The notes: generated from the letters alone by a model not told the origin. 54,415 bases of DNA from Schlesneria sp. (GCA_044354755.1 JBIKZJ010000001.1:1-54415), one strand, 5' to 3'. Positions 40,821-50,981 are shown, counted from the first letter of the stretch. Program-made: numbers and translations.

Positions 40821-41912
40821 CTAAAACAGTCGTTTCTGGGCCTCACCCGAGCCGGGAGGGTCGGGGGGAGTCAGCCCGAGGTGATTCAGTCCCGCCGCCG
40901 TGATCATTCTTCCACGCGGAGTTCGCTGAATGAATCCAACCCGCAGCAAAAACGGCTCCACTTCATCTTCCAGCGTATCCGGTGGAACATTCATGGTGTG
41001 GCCAATGGCCGAGAGCCCCGCTGGGCCCCCGGTGAAGACCGAAACCAGTGTTTGCAGATAGCGACGGTCTTGTGATTCCAAGCCGACAGAATCGACTTCC
41101 AGCATCGCCAGCGCGTGATCAGCGGCGACCTTGGTAATGTGACCATCGGGCTCACGAACGGTGGCGAAATCACGAGTCCAGCGGAGCAGGTTATTGGCTT
41201 TACGCGGTGTTCCACGGCTACGGTCCGCAATCAATTGTGCCGCTTCCGCCGCAATTTCCGTTCGTAATTTTTTGGAATTTCGATTGATGATCTCGGCCAG
41301 TTCCGCCAGATCATAAAAATCGAGATGCTCACGATGAACAAAGCGGTCACGCAACGGTGCCGTCAGCATCCCGCTCCGCGTTGTGGCCCCAATCACCGTG
41401 AAGGGTTTCAGTTTCATATTGATGGTCCGGGCGTTGAGTCCCTCACCCAACACAATATCCACCCGAAAATCTTCCATGACCGGATAAATGAACTCTTCGA
41501 CCGTCGCCGGGAGCCGATGGATCTCGTCAATGAACAGCACCGACCCATAACTGGCATTCGTCAGATACGAGAGCAAATCCTTGGGGGCCTGCAGCGACGG
41601 CCCCGAGGTAATCTGACATTCCGTCCCCATCTCGCGGGCCAGCGTCATCGCCAGCGTCGTCTTGCCAAGTCCTGGCGGTCCGTCAAAGAGAATGTGACCG
41701 AGCGGTTCTTTTCGTTTGAGCGTCGCATCGAGCACGATCTTCAAACGATCAACCACTTTTTTCTGACCAACCACGTCACTCAGTTTTTGCGGCCGCAGCT
41801 CGTCATCAAACTTGTCGTCGTCCGGATTGAATTCTCCCACCGGACCCGCAGGAGGGGGCGGATTTCGCCGGTCATCATCGGCCCCCCCTTCAATCACTTT
41901 CTTCCGTCCCAT
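40821..41912 (-). CDS. ruvB: Holliday junction branch migration helicase RuvB
   Basis: [12 protein letters not shown]; [11 protein letters not shown]; LFIDEIHRL; [17 protein letters not shown]; RSRGTPR; EPFLL..RTPRGR. Confidence 0.97.
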   Translation of the reverse strand: MGRKKVIEGGADDDRRNPPPPAGPVGEFNPDDDKFDDELRPQKLSDVVGQKKVVDRLKIVLDATLKRKEPLGHILFDGPPGLGKTTLAMTLAREMGTECQITSGPSLQAPKDLLSYLTNASYGSVLFIDEIHRLPATVEEFIYPVMEDFRVDIVLGEGLNARTINMKLKPFTVIGATTRSGMLTAPLRDRFVHREHLDFYDLAELAEIINRNSKKLRTEIAAEAAQLIADRSRGTPRKANNLLRWTRDFATVREPDGHITKVAADHALAMLEVDSVGLESQDRRYLQTLVSVFTGGPAGLSAIGHTMNVPPDTLEDEVEPFLLRVGFIQRTPRGRMITAAGLNHLGLTPPDPPGSGEAQKRLF

Positions 41913-42512
41913 CTGACCACGATCCATCACAAAGGAACAAACCACAACGATTGCCGCAAAGAAAACTCGCAGTCACTCGTCAGCAACACCTGCCGCCACA
42001 AGGCCCACAATCATTCGCCCGGAGCACAATCACATACCGCGGAGAACGAAGCCTCAGTCTCATCTTGCCGCACAACAATCCGCAAACTGTATCGGCGCAC
42101 CGCCGGGGTTAACAGCCCGCGGAATCTTCGAGTTGGTCCCCAAAGGAATTCTTAACGGGTTTCTCGATGCCGAAAAGCCCCCTGCGGATCGTTAACGCTT
42201 GGACGAAAATCGGTTGCCGCACTCGACCGATCCACGCCAGAAGGGAAATGCAAACGAGGTTTCCTCGCATATCTGCCGAATCACCCGCACCCGATCAGCC
42301 GCTGAGAGTTGGATTCATGATCGCAGTTCGCTCCACTTCCGAATTCAGAACAAACTCCGACCTCAGAACAAAACAGGAAGCGAGTTCATCAAGCGAATGC
42401 TGAGCGCCCCCTGAAACGTGCCGCATCCACAATAAGTGGGCAGTCTTGCCGTGGCGAACCACCACTGTCGAAGTCAGGCTTCGCGACCGCTATTCGCCGA
42501 AGCTGCGGCATT

Positions 42513-42698
42513 TTGGCTACCCGTATCACCTCCCCTTAAACCGCGGTCCAGCGGTTCAAGGGGAGCGATCCCGGGATTGCCAGTGCCGTGCACTCGCTTG
42601 GGAGGCTCGCTCCACGACCATCCGTCCAGGCCCTTGGGGCGATCCGCAATCGTTGAATCGCGTCGAGCTCCCCTCGCCCAACCAAGCGTACCAGCCAA
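42513..42698 (-). ncRNA. Candidate 6S-like structured RNA
   Basis: About 185 nt closed by TTGGCTG/TAGCCAA. Internal stem GGAGCGA..TCGCTCC with apical AGTGC-acg-GCACT. Hairpin CCCCTTGAACCGC..GCGGTTTAAGGGG resembles the 6S CCUUGAACC..GGUUCAAGG element. G-U wobbles work only on the minus strand. Confidence 0.45.
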
Positions 42699-43683
42699 CT
42701 GATTCCAGCAATTCGCCAACCAATGAATTCGCAACTTGAGACCCCATTTCCACAAAAAACAGTTGCAAGCGACATCAATCAGAAAAAACGCCTGTCTGAA
42801 ATACGAAATTCAGCTTTTCCTTCCATCTTAGTACTCGTTTCCAGACAAAAAAAGCGGTAGTTTCGGAAATCATCAAAAATAACAAAAAAATTTCCTTTGC
42901 ATCCTTCAAAAGACATCCAGCGATTTAAAAGAACGATCAATTTTGAATCATATTAAGATTGTTTTCGAATCGATATAAATCAACAGTGGTCGATATTGAA
43001 TTTTCACTGCGACATCTTCAAGCCCTGCGTGGCAAACGAAAACCCATCTCCACTCAACATCACAAAAGCTTTCATAATAGTCACTTATAGCAAAATTGCA
43101 ACGAGTTTCCGACAATCACTCAGAGGGAATCCGCAGAATAATAGAAGCGAAATAGATCATATTCGGCTCGACAGGACTGGCGTTGAGTTCAAAAAGAAAA
43201 AAATTTGCCATCGTGGCTTCGATTTGTTGGCAACGGCTTTGCCTTAACAAAATCCTTCACCATCGTGTCATTCTCAGTGCCAAGTTTTCGCCAAAAAAAC
43301 AAAACGCAAAAGGACACCTGCACCTCGCTCGCCGCGGAAAGCAACTGGGGCCTTAAAACGGATATTCTCGCGGGCGTCAGTGTCATGCCGAAGAGATGCA
43401 TATCAAGCTCCCTCGCTCCTGAATCTGTCAATGTCCTGCGTCGGAGAAGATTTCGATGATGAAGATTTCGATGACATGGTACGGCATCCGCCGTCTCCCC
43501 ATACCGAGGTTGCCTCCCCATACCGAGATCTTCGATGGAATCCCCTTTCGCACGGGGACGAATTAATCCCTCCTGGACGACTCCTGGACGACGATGTGAC
43601 GCCAGCGCAGAAATCCTCTTTCCAATTCGGCATCCCCAAGCTATACCGACAGCCCTTGCACCTGAGCCACTTTACCGACCGAA

Positions 43684-44613
43684 TTGAATGCTATGACGAG
43701 TTCGCTCCCCCCAACTCCCGCTTCCTCACCCTCGATCCTGTCCCGTGCGATCCGCTTTGCCCTCCAGAAACGGCAATTACGCGAATATCGAAATCTGATC
43801 CTGATCGTGCTGGGGGTCTTCTCCGCAGCGATGGGTTTGCATGGTTTTCTCCTCTCCAGCAATTTCATTGATGGCGGGGTCACCGGCGTTTCCATGCTGC
43901 TGGTGAAAGGGACCGGCTTGCCACTTTCTGTCCTCTTGCCGGTCATCAACCTGCCGTTTATCGCCCTGGGTTACCGCCAGATTGGCCGAGCCTTTGCCAT
44001 TCGCAGCACCTTTGCCATTGGACTACTCTCCCTGGTGCTCGAAGTCATCCACTTTCCCGATGTGACAGAAGACCTGGTCCTGACAGCCGTCTTCGGCGGC
44101 TTCTTTATCGGAGCGGGTATCGGCTTGGCGATTCGGGGTGGAGCGGTCCTCGACGGAACCGAAATCGCCGCCCTGCTGATCAGCAAACGCAGCCACTTGT
44201 TCAAAGTGGGTGATGTCGTCCTCGGAATCAATGTCGTCATCTTTTTTGTGGCGATCTTTGTCCTCGGCGTCGAAGAGGCCCTGTACTCAATCCTCACCTA
44301 CGTCACCGCCGCCAAGACACTCGATTTCATCCTCTACGGGATCGAACAATACACCGCCATCACGATCGTTTCCGAACAAAACTCAATCATTCTCAACCGA
44401 ATCACAGATCAACTCGGCCGAGGAGTCACCATCTACAAAGCACGGGGTGGCAAAAGCGGTGCGGATCAAGAAATCCTGTATTGCGTCGTCACCCGACTCG
44501 AAATCGGTAAAATCAAAACCATCATTCAAGATGTTGACCCCGCCGCCTTCGTCGTCATTCACCCGTTGTCAGATGTTCAGGGGGGAACGGTAAAACGAAC
44601 GGGGATGCATTGA
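43684..44613 (+). CDS. YitT family membrane protein (DUF161 + DUF2179)
   Basis: FIDGGVTGVS; INLPFI; GGAVLDGTEI; LGRGVT; YCVVTRLE; DPAAFV. The start may be the ATG at 43693. Confidence 0.9.
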   Translation: MNAMTSSLPPTPASSPSILSRAIRFALQKRQLREYRNLILIVLGVFSAAMGLHGFLLSSNFIDGGVTGVSMLLVKGTGLPLSVLLPVINLPFIALGYRQIGRAFAIRSTFAIGLLSLVLEVIHFPDVTEDLVLTAVFGGFFIGAGIGLAIRGGAVLDGTEIAALLISKRSHLFKVGDVVLGINVVIFFVAIFVLGVEEALYSILTYVTAAKTLDFILYGIEQYTAITIVSEQNSIILNRITDQLGRGVTIYKARGGKSGADQEILYCVVTRLEIGKIKTIIQDVDPAAFVVIHPLSDVQGGTVKRTGMH

Positions 44614-44767
44614 GGGGAGTTTTCAGTTTTCAGTTTTCAGTTTTCAGTTTTCAGTTTTCAGTTTTCAGTTTTCAGTGAGCAGTTTTCAGTGAGCAGTGAG
44701 CAGTGCGGCCAATGCGACTCATCCTCTTACTGAACACTGAAAACTGAAAACTAAAAACTTCCCCCTC
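44612..44767. repeat. Heptamer tandem array with inverted counterpart (long palindrome), probable bidirectional terminator
   Basis: GAGGGG-(AGTTTTC)x8-AGTGAGC-AGTTTTC-(AGTGAGC)x2 ... ACTGAACACTGAAAACTGAAAACTAAAAACTTCCCCCTC, lying between convergent stop codons. Confidence 0.85.
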
Positions 44768-46019
44768 ACCTTACCGGCCGGATGTGCTGCGTGCTCACCG
44801 CACAATCCCGCTGATCAAACAGGTTCAGGTAACACGCGGTCGCCTCGGCCGGAATTGCTGCCGAAATCCGCTGTGCAGCGGCGTCGATCGTGGCGGGTAA
44901 TTGCTCCCATTTTCGGTCCTGCCAGCGTCCGGTTTCTCGCGTAAAGTTCAATTCCCCTTTCGCAATGGGTACCTCCGAACGATAGCTCGCCCACATCTCG
45001 CCCCCCGCGACACCTTGATCGGTGAACCGGGGGAGTGGTTTTCCCTCCTTGAGAATCGAATTGGCAAAGACGTGAATCTCCTCGGGATTCTCTCCCGCTG
45101 GACCATGGCCGTGCGGCATCCGCACCCGCAGACACAGGTCACGAGAACCGGTCGGCAAACGATACGATTTTTGCCAGGAATCCATCGGGTAAGCAAAATC
45201 ATTGGTCCCGTTGACCCACAACAGCGGCATTTTCGCCTGCGGCAGATATACCGACGGATCCCACTGCCGCAACCACAGTCCCGACTGATCAGGCCCCATT
45301 TTTTCAAACGCAGGAAGCCAGGCCGAATTTTCACCCAGAAACCCACAACCATAGACCGGTGCGGCTAGCTTGAATCGTGAGTCGACCCCGGCCACCACGC
45401 ACGTCAAATATCCCCCCCACGAAATCCCCGTCACTCCAATCCGGTCCGCATCGACTTCCGGATACGATCGCAGCAGCGAATGCGCGAGCATCACCGCACT
45501 GGTCGCCTGAAACGTCCATTGATCCTCGACAGGATCCCCCAACTGACCAAAGCTGGCATCCCAACCCATCGGCCCACCCTGCTCGTGGCGTTTCCAGTTT
45601 CCATACGTTCCGACCGGAACACAGCCACACAGATCCATCGCAATCGCTGCATACCCACGCGAATTCCACACCTTTACCCAGCGATCAAAAGCACTCCCAC
45701 CACCACCATGAATCAGAACCATCGCCGGAACTTTTTTCCCGCTCTCACCATCCTTCCGAGGTGGAAACCCCGCATACGCAAACACGCGAGTCGGTTTTCC
45801 CCGATAGGTCGGTCCCGCATAAAAAAACGCTTTGACCCCGTCAGCCTGAAGTTCCGGAGCCTCAAACACCTCGGGCGTTTTCGACAGTGCCTCAAGATCA
45901 AATCGAGCCCGTGCCGATGACAACGCCTCATCAGCCCCCCATAAAACCGAACCCGGAATCAAACCAGTCAAACCGAGACAACAGGCCAACAGTAAAAAAC
46001 AAACGCGATGGCTTCTCAT
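44766..46019 (-). CDS. Secreted alpha/beta-hydrolase (acetylxylan esterase/dienelactone hydrolase-like)
   Basis: Signal peptide after MRSHR; PAMVLIHGGGG; RIGVTGISWGG; WDPS; NGTND. Confidence 0.8.
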   Translation of the reverse strand: MRSHRVCFLLLACCLGLTGLIPGSVLWGADEALSSARARFDLEALSKTPEVFEAPELQADGVKAFFYAGPTYRGKPTRVFAYAGFPPRKDGESGKKVPAMVLIHGGGGSAFDRWVKVWNSRGYAAIAMDLCGCVPVGTYGNWKRHEQGGPMGWDASFGQLGDPVEDQWTFQATSAVMLAHSLLRSYPEVDADRIGVTGISWGGYLTCVVAGVDSRFKLAAPVYGCGFLGENSAWLPAFEKMGPDQSGLWLRQWDPSVYLPQAKMPLLWVNGTNDFAYPMDSWQKSYRLPTGSRDLCLRVRMPHGHGPAGENPEEIHVFANSILKEGKPLPRFTDQGVAGGEMWASYRSEVPIAKGELNFTRETGRWQDRKWEQLPATIDAAAQRISAAIPAEATACYLNLFDQRDCAVSTQHIRPVR

Positions 46020-46153
46020 AACAGGATCTCCCCAAAAATGCCCAAATGCCCAAACATGGTCGACTGGCTTGAATTCCGCTCGTGAATTTCTGATCTCTGA
46101 CCCCGCACGACAAGGGACCCCGAACACCTCGCCGGTGTTCTTTACCCGCGACA

Positions 46154-47650
46154 CTACGCAATAATCGACTTGACCACATCGCCATACACATCCGTCAGAC
46201 GGAAATCTCGCCCTGCAAATCGGTACGTCAGCAGTTCATGATCCAACCCCAGCAAGTGCAGGATGGTGGCATGCAGATCATGGACGTGGACCGGGTTCTC
46301 GACCGCGTCCCAACCATATTCGTCGGTCGCTCCGTACGCCATCCCCCCTTTGACCCCTCCCCCGGCCATCCACATCGTAAAACCGAACGGATGATGGTCC
46401 CGGCCATTGGCGACCCCCTCGCGGGCGGGTGTCCGGCCAAACTCGCCACCCCAGATCACCAGCGTCTCATCCAGTAGTCCCCGTTGCTTCAGATCCTGCA
46501 GCAATCCCGCGATCGGCAAGTCGGTCGCCAAGGCGTTTTTTTCATGCCCCCCTTTAAGATCACTATGCTGATCCCAAGGCTGAAAACCACCCGTCGTGTG
46601 ATACAACTGCACAAACCGCACACCTCGCTCCACCAACCTGCGGGCCAGCAGGCATTGTTTCCCAAAGATTTCGGTCTGAGGTTGGTCAACGCCGTACAAC
46701 TTACCCGTTTCCGCGGTTTCTCCCGCCAGACTGAAGGCCTCGGGAGCCGTCGTCTGCATGCGATAGGCGAGTTCGAACGAGTCGATCCGGGCACTCAGGC
46801 GACTGTCATCGGCTCGGCCGACACGGTGTAATTCATTGAGTTGCGACAACGCATTCAATTCCTGTCGCTGTCGATCACGCGCCACCGTTCCACTCAAGTT
46901 TTTTAGCGGCTGATCAGGATTCGAGACGAATGTCCCCTGGTAAGTCGCGGGCAGAAAACTGGCTCCGTACTGCCGTGCCCCTTCGATGATCGGCCCCGGA
47001 CCGATCGCCACAAAACCGGGAAGATTGCGATTCTCGCTCCCCAGCCCATAGTTCACCCAGGCCCCCAGACTCGGACGAGACGACACCCGTTCACCCGTAT
47101 GCATCAGCAGACATCCCCCCGGGTGATTGGGATCGTCGGTCACCATCGAGCGAATCACGCACAGATCGTCGACACGCTGCGCCACATGCGGAAACAGCTC
47201 GCTCACATCCAGCCCGGATTCCCCGTATCGCTGGAATTTCCAGGGGGAGGCCAACAGATTCCGCTGTTGACCCAAATAAAGCTTCGGCGCGGGCTTGCCG
47301 TCGTCCCTCGTCAACTGCGGTTTGGGATCAAACGTATCGACCTGTGATGGCCCCCCCGGCATGAACAAAAAAATCACCCGCTTGGCCCGTGGGGTCAAAT
47401 GAGGCCGTTTGGCCGACATCGGCGCGGGAACGGGTGCAGCCCCAGCCGTCAATCCGGCCTCGTTCGCTGCCACTGATTCGCCAGCCAATAACGCAGCCAG
47501 AGCCAATCCCCCAAAGCCGCCCCCCGTACGCTGCAACAACTGTCGTCGCGTCATCGGGTGGCTCGTCATCGGGTGGCTCGCCATCGGGTGACCCATCATC
47601 GGGTGACCCAGTGAGGCGATCAGGGGTGCAGAGAACGGCGGTATTTCCAT
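46154..47650 (-). CDS. DUF1501 domain-containing protein
   Basis: TRRQLL Tat-like motif; KRVIFLFMPGGPSQVDTFDPKP; ARRLVERGVRFVQ; WDQH; WGGEFGRTP; GRDHH; HDLHATILHLLG. Confidence 0.92.
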   Translation of the reverse strand: MEIPPFSAPLIASLGHPMMGHPMASHPMTSHPMTRRQLLQRTGGGFGGLALAALLAGESVAANEAGLTAGAAPVPAPMSAKRPHLTPRAKRVIFLFMPGGPSQVDTFDPKPQLTRDDGKPAPKLYLGQQRNLLASPWKFQRYGESGLDVSELFPHVAQRVDDLCVIRSMVTDDPNHPGGCLLMHTGERVSSRPSLGAWVNYGLGSENRNLPGFVAIGPGPIIEGARQYGASFLPATYQGTFVSNPDQPLKNLSGTVARDRQRQELNALSQLNELHRVGRADDSRLSARIDSFELAYRMQTTAPEAFSLAGETAETGKLYGVDQPQTEIFGKQCLLARRLVERGVRFVQLYHTTGGFQPWDQHSDLKGGHEKNALATDLPIAGLLQDLKQRGLLDETLVIWGGEFGRTPAREGVANGRDHHPFGFTMWMAGGGVKGGMAYGATDEYGWDAVENPVHVHDLHATILHLLGLDHELLTYRFAGRDFRLTDVYGDVVKSIIA

Positions 47651-47673
47651 GAGACATCCAATAGGATCGAAGT

Positions 47674-50600
47674 TCAATCCACAAACATAAACTCGTTCGT
47701 ACACAGCACCAGGCGGCAATAACCGGCCCAGGCATTCGACTGGTTCGGATCGGATAACAACGATAAACCAATCTCGACTTCTGCCGCCGTCGGCAAACGC
47801 CCCAGCCCAATCTCGTACAACCGGCGAATCCGTGGCAGGTCATTTTCGGTCGCTCCCACCTCCCGCGTCACTCGGTCTCCCAAGGCCGCAGACAACTCGG
47901 TCACCAGCGGATCGTTCAGCAAAAACAACGCTTGCGGTGCCACGATCGATCCATTGCGTCGCTCGACAATCGCACTGCAATCCGGAGCGTCAAACAACGG
48001 CCCAAACTCAGCTGCCTTCGCTCCCGTTCGAGTCGCCATCAAGTAGACGCTGCGGCGAGGATGAGCCACATCCTGAAAGCCCGGCCCACCGGACGTCAAA
48101 TCCAATCGCCCCGCAATCGCAAACAGACTATCCCGAAAGGCCTCAACCTCGAGTCGGCGGCGGTTCGAGCGCCATAACCCGTGGTTCTCTGGATCAAGCT
48201 CCATCCCGGCCGCATGGGTCGCAGAGCTCTGCTGATACGTATTCGAGAGCATCAGCGATCGATGCAGCGACTTCACCGACCAGCCCGAGGCGACAAATCG
48301 TTCGGCGAGAAAGTCCAGCAATTCCGGATGCGTCGGACGATCCCCCATCGCGCCAAAGTTAGCCGAGGTTTGCACCAGTCCTGCCCCAAAGTGGTGTTGC
48401 CAGACCCGATTCACCATCACGCGCGCCGTCAGCGGATTATCCGCATCAGCGAGCCATTGCGCCAGCTCCCGTCGACCACTCCCCGCTTGAATGACAGGAG
48501 GCCGCGCCCCGGCAATCACCTTGGGAACCCCACGTGGCACAATTTTTCCCGGTCGAGTGTGATTCCCTCGCAGATAGACCGGAGCATCCTGAAATCCGGC
48601 ATGGGGCGTTTCCGGCGGCCCCCCTTCCTGAATGACCACCCCCCGCGGAATCTCGACGGCCGGCTTCTTCTGCAGTTGTTCCAGCTCCTCCCGCAACCCC
48701 GCCGATCGCTGGCGAAAATCCGCCGGCAACGCCCGATCGCGAGCTTCCCCTTCGAGTCGAAAGGGGCTCGAACCCGAGATCAATTCTTCATAGAAGCTCG
48801 AAATCGTTTCGACCAACGGCGATTCGATCTGCGTTGCGTCGACGATCGTTGCGTCGACCTGAGGTGCAAACCAGTATTGAATCAGTTCCGCTTCCACGCG
48901 AGCACGCGCCTCATCCGCGAGCGGAGCATCAAAAACCCGTAGCTCTGCAAGCTCTCCCTGAAAACGGGGGCTGGAACCCGAACCCGCTCCACCGATCATC
49001 AGTGCGGTAATCGCAGGATCGGACGAAACCGAGTCGATCCCCTTGTTGCTGCCGACCGGCTGGCCATCCCGATAAACGCTGACCCCCTGCGGCCCCCAAA
49101 CAATGGTGATCAGTTGAAACCCCGAACTCTCGGGCCTTGGGCCAGGCGCGGGAATCATCACATCACCACTGGCCCCCTGGCGTCGCAGGATCGCATGAAT
49201 GGACCCGGTGCCATCAACCATCATCCCCAGTCCATGCTGTCCAACCGCCGCATCTTCCCACCCGACCAGCCGCTGCCCCGAGGGACCGACGGGATCTGAC
49301 CGAAACAGGACCATCAGCGTCCCCACAGCGGGAATCGTTCCCATCGCACGAAGTTGATTTTGCCCCCGGAATTGCAGCACTGTCCGAGCCCGTCGCTGAA
49401 TCATCACCGTGGCGACTGCAGGGCCCGTCAGATCGGTCACGGGTGTGGCCGCTTCAGGACGACGACTGCGATTTGGCCACGAAGTCACGTAGCGAGCCTC
49501 ATTCAGCGTCAGTCGTCGATCATCCCCCCGCAACGTTAAACAGGCCGACTCGCTCAGCGTCTTGAAGACCGCATCCCGCTTTAAGCGATCCCGGCGATCC
49601 TGAGCAACTTTGACAATTTTCGCCGCCAGCTCCTGAGTCAACCGCGCGGCAGTCCCCGGATCCGCTGCGGTCCGTATTTCGGCAAGAACGCCCGTGGTCG
49701 ATACCCCTTCCAGTAGACGATGCCACCGCTGGAGTGTGGTGAGATCCAACTGATTTATGCGAGCAAACTCAGACCAGTCCGCAGGTCCCTTGGAACCGGA
49801 CAGATGAGCAAACTCAAAGCACCCCAGCAAGTACCGCGAGGTCTCGGCTTCCGCTCGCTGCTCAAGCAACGCCTGGTACTCCCGCTCGCCAAACTGAGAA
49901 ACCTCACGTGACAACTCGCCGATCCGCGCTTTATCACGAGCCTGCCCCGCTTCAATGGCGGCAATCTGGGGAGGAGCCAGCAGCGGGACCCGAACCAGCG
50001 GCGTATTCCCTTTGACAGGGCCAGGAATCAGGCGTGAGCTAAAAAAGATCCCGGCCATAGCATAATAATCCTCGGTCGAAATCGGATCAAACTTGTGATC
50101 ATGACACCGGGCACAGGCCAGAGTCAGCCCCAAAATCGCTCGTCCCACCACATCAATCTGATCATTGACATAGTCCGCAATCATCTGCTGCTTATCGACA
50201 TCCCCCGGCACAAAATCGGCGATCGCCAGCATGCCGGTTGCCACGAGAGCATCAGCATCAATCTGGTTTGGATCCGCCGGCTGCAGCAGATCGCCAGCGA
50301 CTTGCTGCCGCACAAACTCGTTGTAGGGAAGGTCCTGGTTGAAGGAATTGATGACCCAGTCGCGATACCGCCACGCCTCACGAAAATCGCTTTCGGGAGG
50401 CAATTGGATCAGGTCCCGAGCATCCGCATAACGGACAATATCCAGCCAATGTCGCCCCCAACGTTCACCATACCGGGGTGATTCGAGCAGTCGATCAACA
50501 ACTTTGGCAAAGGCCTCAGGGGATTCGTCGGCGAGAAAGGCATCGAGTTCAGCGGGAGTCGGGGGAAGTCCAACCAGATCAAACGTCGCACGCCGCAATA

Positions 50601-50844
50601 ACGTACGCCGGTCTGCCGCAGGTGACGGGGCCAGGCCTCGGTCGACCAATCGCTGGATAATAAAGGAATCGACCGGCGACTGGGTCGGAAACGCGACGAC
50701 GGGAACGGTCACACGTTGAACCGGCTGAAAAGACCAGAAGACCGGTTCCTCGTCCATCGCATAAGCGATCGACAGCAACAGACAAACCGTCGCGCAAGTG
50801 GCGACGAGTCGAACGAGGCAGCAATGTTGTGGGTGTCGTTTCAT
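47674..50844 (-). CDS. DUF1549/DUF1553 (PSD1) domain protein with a central LamG-like insert
   Basis: FWSFQP; RRATFDLVGLPP; YGERWGRHWLD; CARCHDHKFDPI; NPLTARVMVNRVWQHHFG; PTHPELLD; PQALFLLN; NEFMFVD. The start is uncertain (50844 or 50910). Confidence 0.9.
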   Translation of the reverse strand: MKRHPQHCCLVRLVATCATVCLLLSIAYAMDEEPVFWSFQPVQRVTVPVVAFPTQSPVDSFIIQRLVDRGLAPSPAADRRTLLRRATFDLVGLPPTPAELDAFLADESPEAFAKVVDRLLESPRYGERWGRHWLDIVRYADARDLIQLPPESDFREAWRYRDWVINSFNQDLPYNEFVRQQVAGDLLQPADPNQIDADALVATGMLAIADFVPGDVDKQQMIADYVNDQIDVVGRAILGLTLACARCHDHKFDPISTEDYYAMAGIFFSSRLIPGPVKGNTPLVRVPLLAPPQIAAIEAGQARDKARIGELSREVSQFGEREYQALLEQRAEAETSRYLLGCFEFAHLSGSKGPADWSEFARINQLDLTTLQRWHRLLEGVSTTGVLAEIRTAADPGTAARLTQELAAKIVKVAQDRRDRLKRDAVFKTLSESACLTLRGDDRRLTLNEARYVTSWPNRSRRPEAATPVTDLTGPAVATVMIQRRARTVLQFRGQNQLRAMGTIPAVGTLMVLFRSDPVGPSGQRLVGWEDAAVGQHGLGMMVDGTGSIHAILRRQGASGDVMIPAPGPRPESSGFQLITIVWGPQGVSVYRDGQPVGSNKGIDSVSSDPAITALMIGGAGSGSSPRFQGELAELRVFDAPLADEARARVEAELIQYWFAPQVDATIVDATQIESPLVETISSFYEELISGSSPFRLEGEARDRALPADFRQRSAGLREELEQLQKKPAVEIPRGVVIQEGGPPETPHAGFQDAPVYLRGNHTRPGKIVPRGVPKVIAGARPPVIQAGSGRRELAQWLADADNPLTARVMVNRVWQHHFGAGLVQTSANFGAMGDRPTHPELLDFLAERFVASGWSVKSLHRSLMLSNTYQQSSATHAAGMELDPENHGLWRSNRRRLEVEAFRDSLFAIAGRLDLTSGGPGFQDVAHPRRSVYLMATRTGAKAAEFGPLFDAPDCSAIVERRNGSIVAPQALFLLNDPLVTELSAALGDRVTREVGATENDLPRIRRLYEIGLGRLPTAAEVEIGLSLLSDPNQSNAWAGYCRLVLCTNEFMFVD

Positions 50845-50981
50845 GGTAAAAAGTGTACCGCATCCGAACCGGTTGTTGCGAGTAAAACAAGGATTGATCA
50901 TCGGTTTCATTTGATTCGAGCCCTACCAAGGCTGCAATTCCAACAACTCACTGGCAATCGTCAAACATTCCACAGAGATAT

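Noticed and set aside
42440-42480. Cobalamin riboswitch (CCACTG..AAGTCAG on the plus strand)
   Set aside because: The upstream GGGAA/GGTG-AA-TCC core is missing, and wobble pairs favour the minus strand.
42419-42510. Canonical tRNA gene
   Set aside because: No GTTCRA T-loop in the right position, no D-loop GG or 3' CCA, and the arm lengths do not fit.
42740-43330. oriC
   Set aside because: No cluster of TTATCCACA-type DnaA boxes and no dnaA/dnaN context.
43380-43871. 163-aa ORF overlapping yitT
   Set aside because: It is built partly from micro-duplications, overlaps a real gene out of frame, and has no motif.
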